A stretch of 17,560 bases of DNA from the IMG/VR virus record IMGVR_UViG_2534681831_000034. One strand, 5' to 3'. The DNA is from a virus (Duplodnaviria > Heunggongvirae > Uroviricota > Caudoviricetes). Positions 15,736 through 17,560 of the stretch are shown here, one piece after another (position 1 is the first letter of the stretch; the number at the start of each line of letters is the position of its first letter). The notes under the pieces were generated by a model. The model ran no database searches. It was given only the letters and a program-made list of their open reading frames with translations, and was not told where the DNA came from. Both the position numbers and the translations under genes were made by a program.

Positions 15736-16313
15736 GCGCTGAACTCATGCGACTGCTGAGCAACATCATCCGTACCGGGATCATCTCTGAAGTTGATGAG
15801 GAATCCTGGTGCGTGCGCGTTCGCAGCGGCGAACTGGAAACAGGCTGGCTGCGCTGGAACACCACGCGCGCGGGTGCCTTCAATGTGTGGTTGCCGCCAT
15901 CACCCGGCGAACAGGTGGTAATTGCCTGCATCGGCGGCAACCCGGAAACCGCCATGATAATTGGCAGTCTGTGGAGTGATGCCATTCCGGCACCCGGCAA
16001 AAGCCTGAAAGAAATCGTGGTCAGCGCGCCGGATGGCGCGGTGTTCCGCTACGACGCGGACGCAGGCGCACTGAGCGCCAGCGGCATGAAAACGGCCACC
16101 CTGCAGGCATCCGTCAGTGTGACGCTGGACACACCTGTCGTGGAATGCACAGACCTTCTGAGAACAGCGACGCTTGACGTCACAAAAGGAGGAAAGATGA
16201 GCGGCAATATCACGCACAGCGGCGGCAACTTCACCTCAAACGGCATTACCGTGCATACGCATAAACACGGTGGCGTGAAAGGCGGCAGCGATTCGACAGG
16301 AGGCCCGCAGTGA
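15732..16313 (+). CDS. V: baseplate spike protein, P2 gpV family
   Basis: 193 aa. The C-terminal ..VTKGGKMSGNITHSGGNFTSNGITVHTHKHGG.. and N-terminal ..IRTGII.. are collinear with P2 gpV as remembered. Confidence 0.85.
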   Translation: MSAELMRLLSNIIRTGIISEVDEESWCVRVRSGELETGWLRWNTTRAGAFNVWLPPSPGEQVVIACIGGNPETAMIIGSLWSDAIPAPGKSLKEIVVSAPDGAVFRYDADAGALSASGMKTATLQASVSVTLDTPVVECTDLLRTATLDVTKGGKMSGNITHSGGNFTSNGITVHTHKHGGVKGGSDSTGGPQ

Positions 16314-16660
16314 CAACCCGCTACACAGGAATGAATCCGGACGGGACGGGAAACCTGAACGATATGGAGCACCTGAAACAGTCAGTCAGGGATATCCTGA
16401 CCACCCCGCTGGCAAGCCGGGTTATGCGACGGGAATATGGCAGCCTTGTGCCTGATTTGATTGACGAACCCATGAATAACACCACGCGTCTGCAATGCAT
16501 GAGTGCTGCCGTGATTGCGCTGACACGATGGGAACCCCGCATTGCCCTGGATGCCATCGACGTTGTCTGGAAAGCGGGAGGCCGCGCCGGGGTGACGCTG
16601 TCGGGCACTGTCATGCAGACCATGCAGAATGTTGAGTTAACCATCACGCTGAGGGAGTAA
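16310..16660 (+). CDS. W: baseplate wedge protein, P2 gpW (gp25-like) family
   Basis: 116 aa, positioned after V. GTG start with AGGAGG upstream. Size matches P2 gpW (115 aa). Confidence 0.8.
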   Translation: MTTRYTGMNPDGTGNLNDMEHLKQSVRDILTTPLASRVMRREYGSLVPDLIDEPMNNTTRLQCMSAAVIALTRWEPRIALDAIDVVWKAGGRAGVTLSGTVMQTMQNVELTITLRE

Positions 16661-16663
16661 ATC

Positions 16664-17560
16664 ATGCCCGCCGTTGACCTTTCCCAGTTACCGGAACCCG
16701 CCATCATCGCGGAGCCTGACTTTGAGGCAATTCTGGCTGACACAAAGGCCATGATGATTGCGGCTTATCCCGCCGAACAGCGTGAAGCCGTCTCCGCCGC
16801 GCTGGAGCTGGAATCGGAACCCCTGAACGTTATCGCCCAGACAACAGCGTTTCGTGAAATGCTGTTACGCCAGCGGGTCAATGAGGGGGCACGCGCCTGC
16901 ATGTTAAGCCACAGCGCCGGGACAGACCTGGACAACCTCGCGGGCAATATGAACACAAAGCGCCTGACCATCACTCCGGCAACGGATACCACCGACGCAG
17001 TGATGGAAAGTGACACCTCGCTGAGACTGCGGGCGCAGCGGGCGTACGATGGCCTGAGTGTTGCTGGCCCGTCAGGTGCATACGAGTATTTTGCCCGCAG
17101 CGCCAGCGGTCTGGTGCGTGATGCGCGGGCTATCAGTCCGTCTCCGGCAAATGTGACGGTTTCCATCCTGTCCACTGAAGGCGACGGCACAGCAACGGAG
17201 GCGTTGCTTAATACCGTTCGCGCCGTTCTGAATGCAGAGGATACCCGCCCGGTGGCCGACCGCCTTACTGTACAGAGCGCCAGAATCGTGACATGGCGGC
17301 TGAATGCAAAACTGTACTTTTACCCCGGCCCGGAATCCGAACCTATTCTGGCTGCGGCGGAATCGTCGTTCAGGAAGTGGCTGGCTGAGCAGGGGCTTAT
17401 CGGTCAGGACGTGGCGTTGTCCGCCATTGCTGCCGCACTGCATGTGCACGGTGTGCAACGCGTGGAGATAATCGAACCCACACAGAATATGGCCATCAGC
17501 GACATACAGGCGGCGCGCTGTGAGTCGTTCACCATCAGCGAAGGTGGGCGCAATGAGTAA
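16664..17560 (+). CDS. J: baseplate assembly protein, P2 gpJ family
   Basis: 298 aa, positioned after W; P2 gpJ is about 302 aa. The stop is the last three bases of the window, and ATGAGTAA suggests the next gene (I) starts by overlap beyond the window. Confidence 0.8.
   Translation: MPAVDLSQLPEPAIIAEPDFEAILADTKAMMIAAYPAEQREAVSAALELESEPLNVIAQTTAFREMLLRQRVNEGARACMLSHSAGTDLDNLAGNMNTKRLTITPATDTTDAVMESDTSLRLRAQRAYDGLSVAGPSGAYEYFARSASGLVRDARAISPSPANVTVSILSTEGDGTATEALLNTVRAVLNAEDTRPVADRLTVQSARIVTWRLNAKLYFYPGPESEPILAAAESSFRKWLAEQGLIGQDVALSAIAAALHVHGVQRVEIIEPTQNMAISDIQAARCESFTISEGGRNE

Noticed and set aside
1-17560. CRISPR arrays, tRNA/tmRNA genes, IS elements
   Set aside because: No regularly spaced direct repeats, no cloverleaf-like tRNA sequence at the window start next to the integrase 3' end, and no transposase-like ORF or terminal inverted repeats were seen. 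An attL or tRNA target would lie left of position 1.

Overview
This window is the left part of a P2-like (Peduovirus-type) prophage or phage-derived element from a moderately GC-rich enterobacterial-type host. All calls rest on reading the six-frame translations against remembered family motifs; no searches were run. Coordinates include stop codons. Gene order: a 5'-truncated tyrosine integrase remnant (11-592, -), a small ORF coupled to a large gpA-type rolling-circle replication initiator (950-3790), an accessory region (3738-6893), then the convergent portal Q and a frameshifted terminase ATPase P (6877-9673, -), followed by the late operon O-N-M-L-X, holin, M15-peptidase endolysin, overlapping spanins, R-S-V-W-J, ending exactly at the J stop (17560). 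The accessory region sits where P2 carries its tin/old variable locus. It holds a ParM/ParR-type actin-like partition pair preceded by two palindromic 25-bp repeats (candidate parC), then a visibly AT-richer island with two orphan genes (a small Cys/His protein and a 174-aa protein), each with its own intrinsic terminator, separated by structured non-coding DNA. The most notable points are the plasmid partition module inside a P2-like element that lacks the repressor/cox/B immunity region, the uncharacterised cargo genes in a known defence hotspot, and an apparent single-base homopolymer frameshift in the terminase gene.
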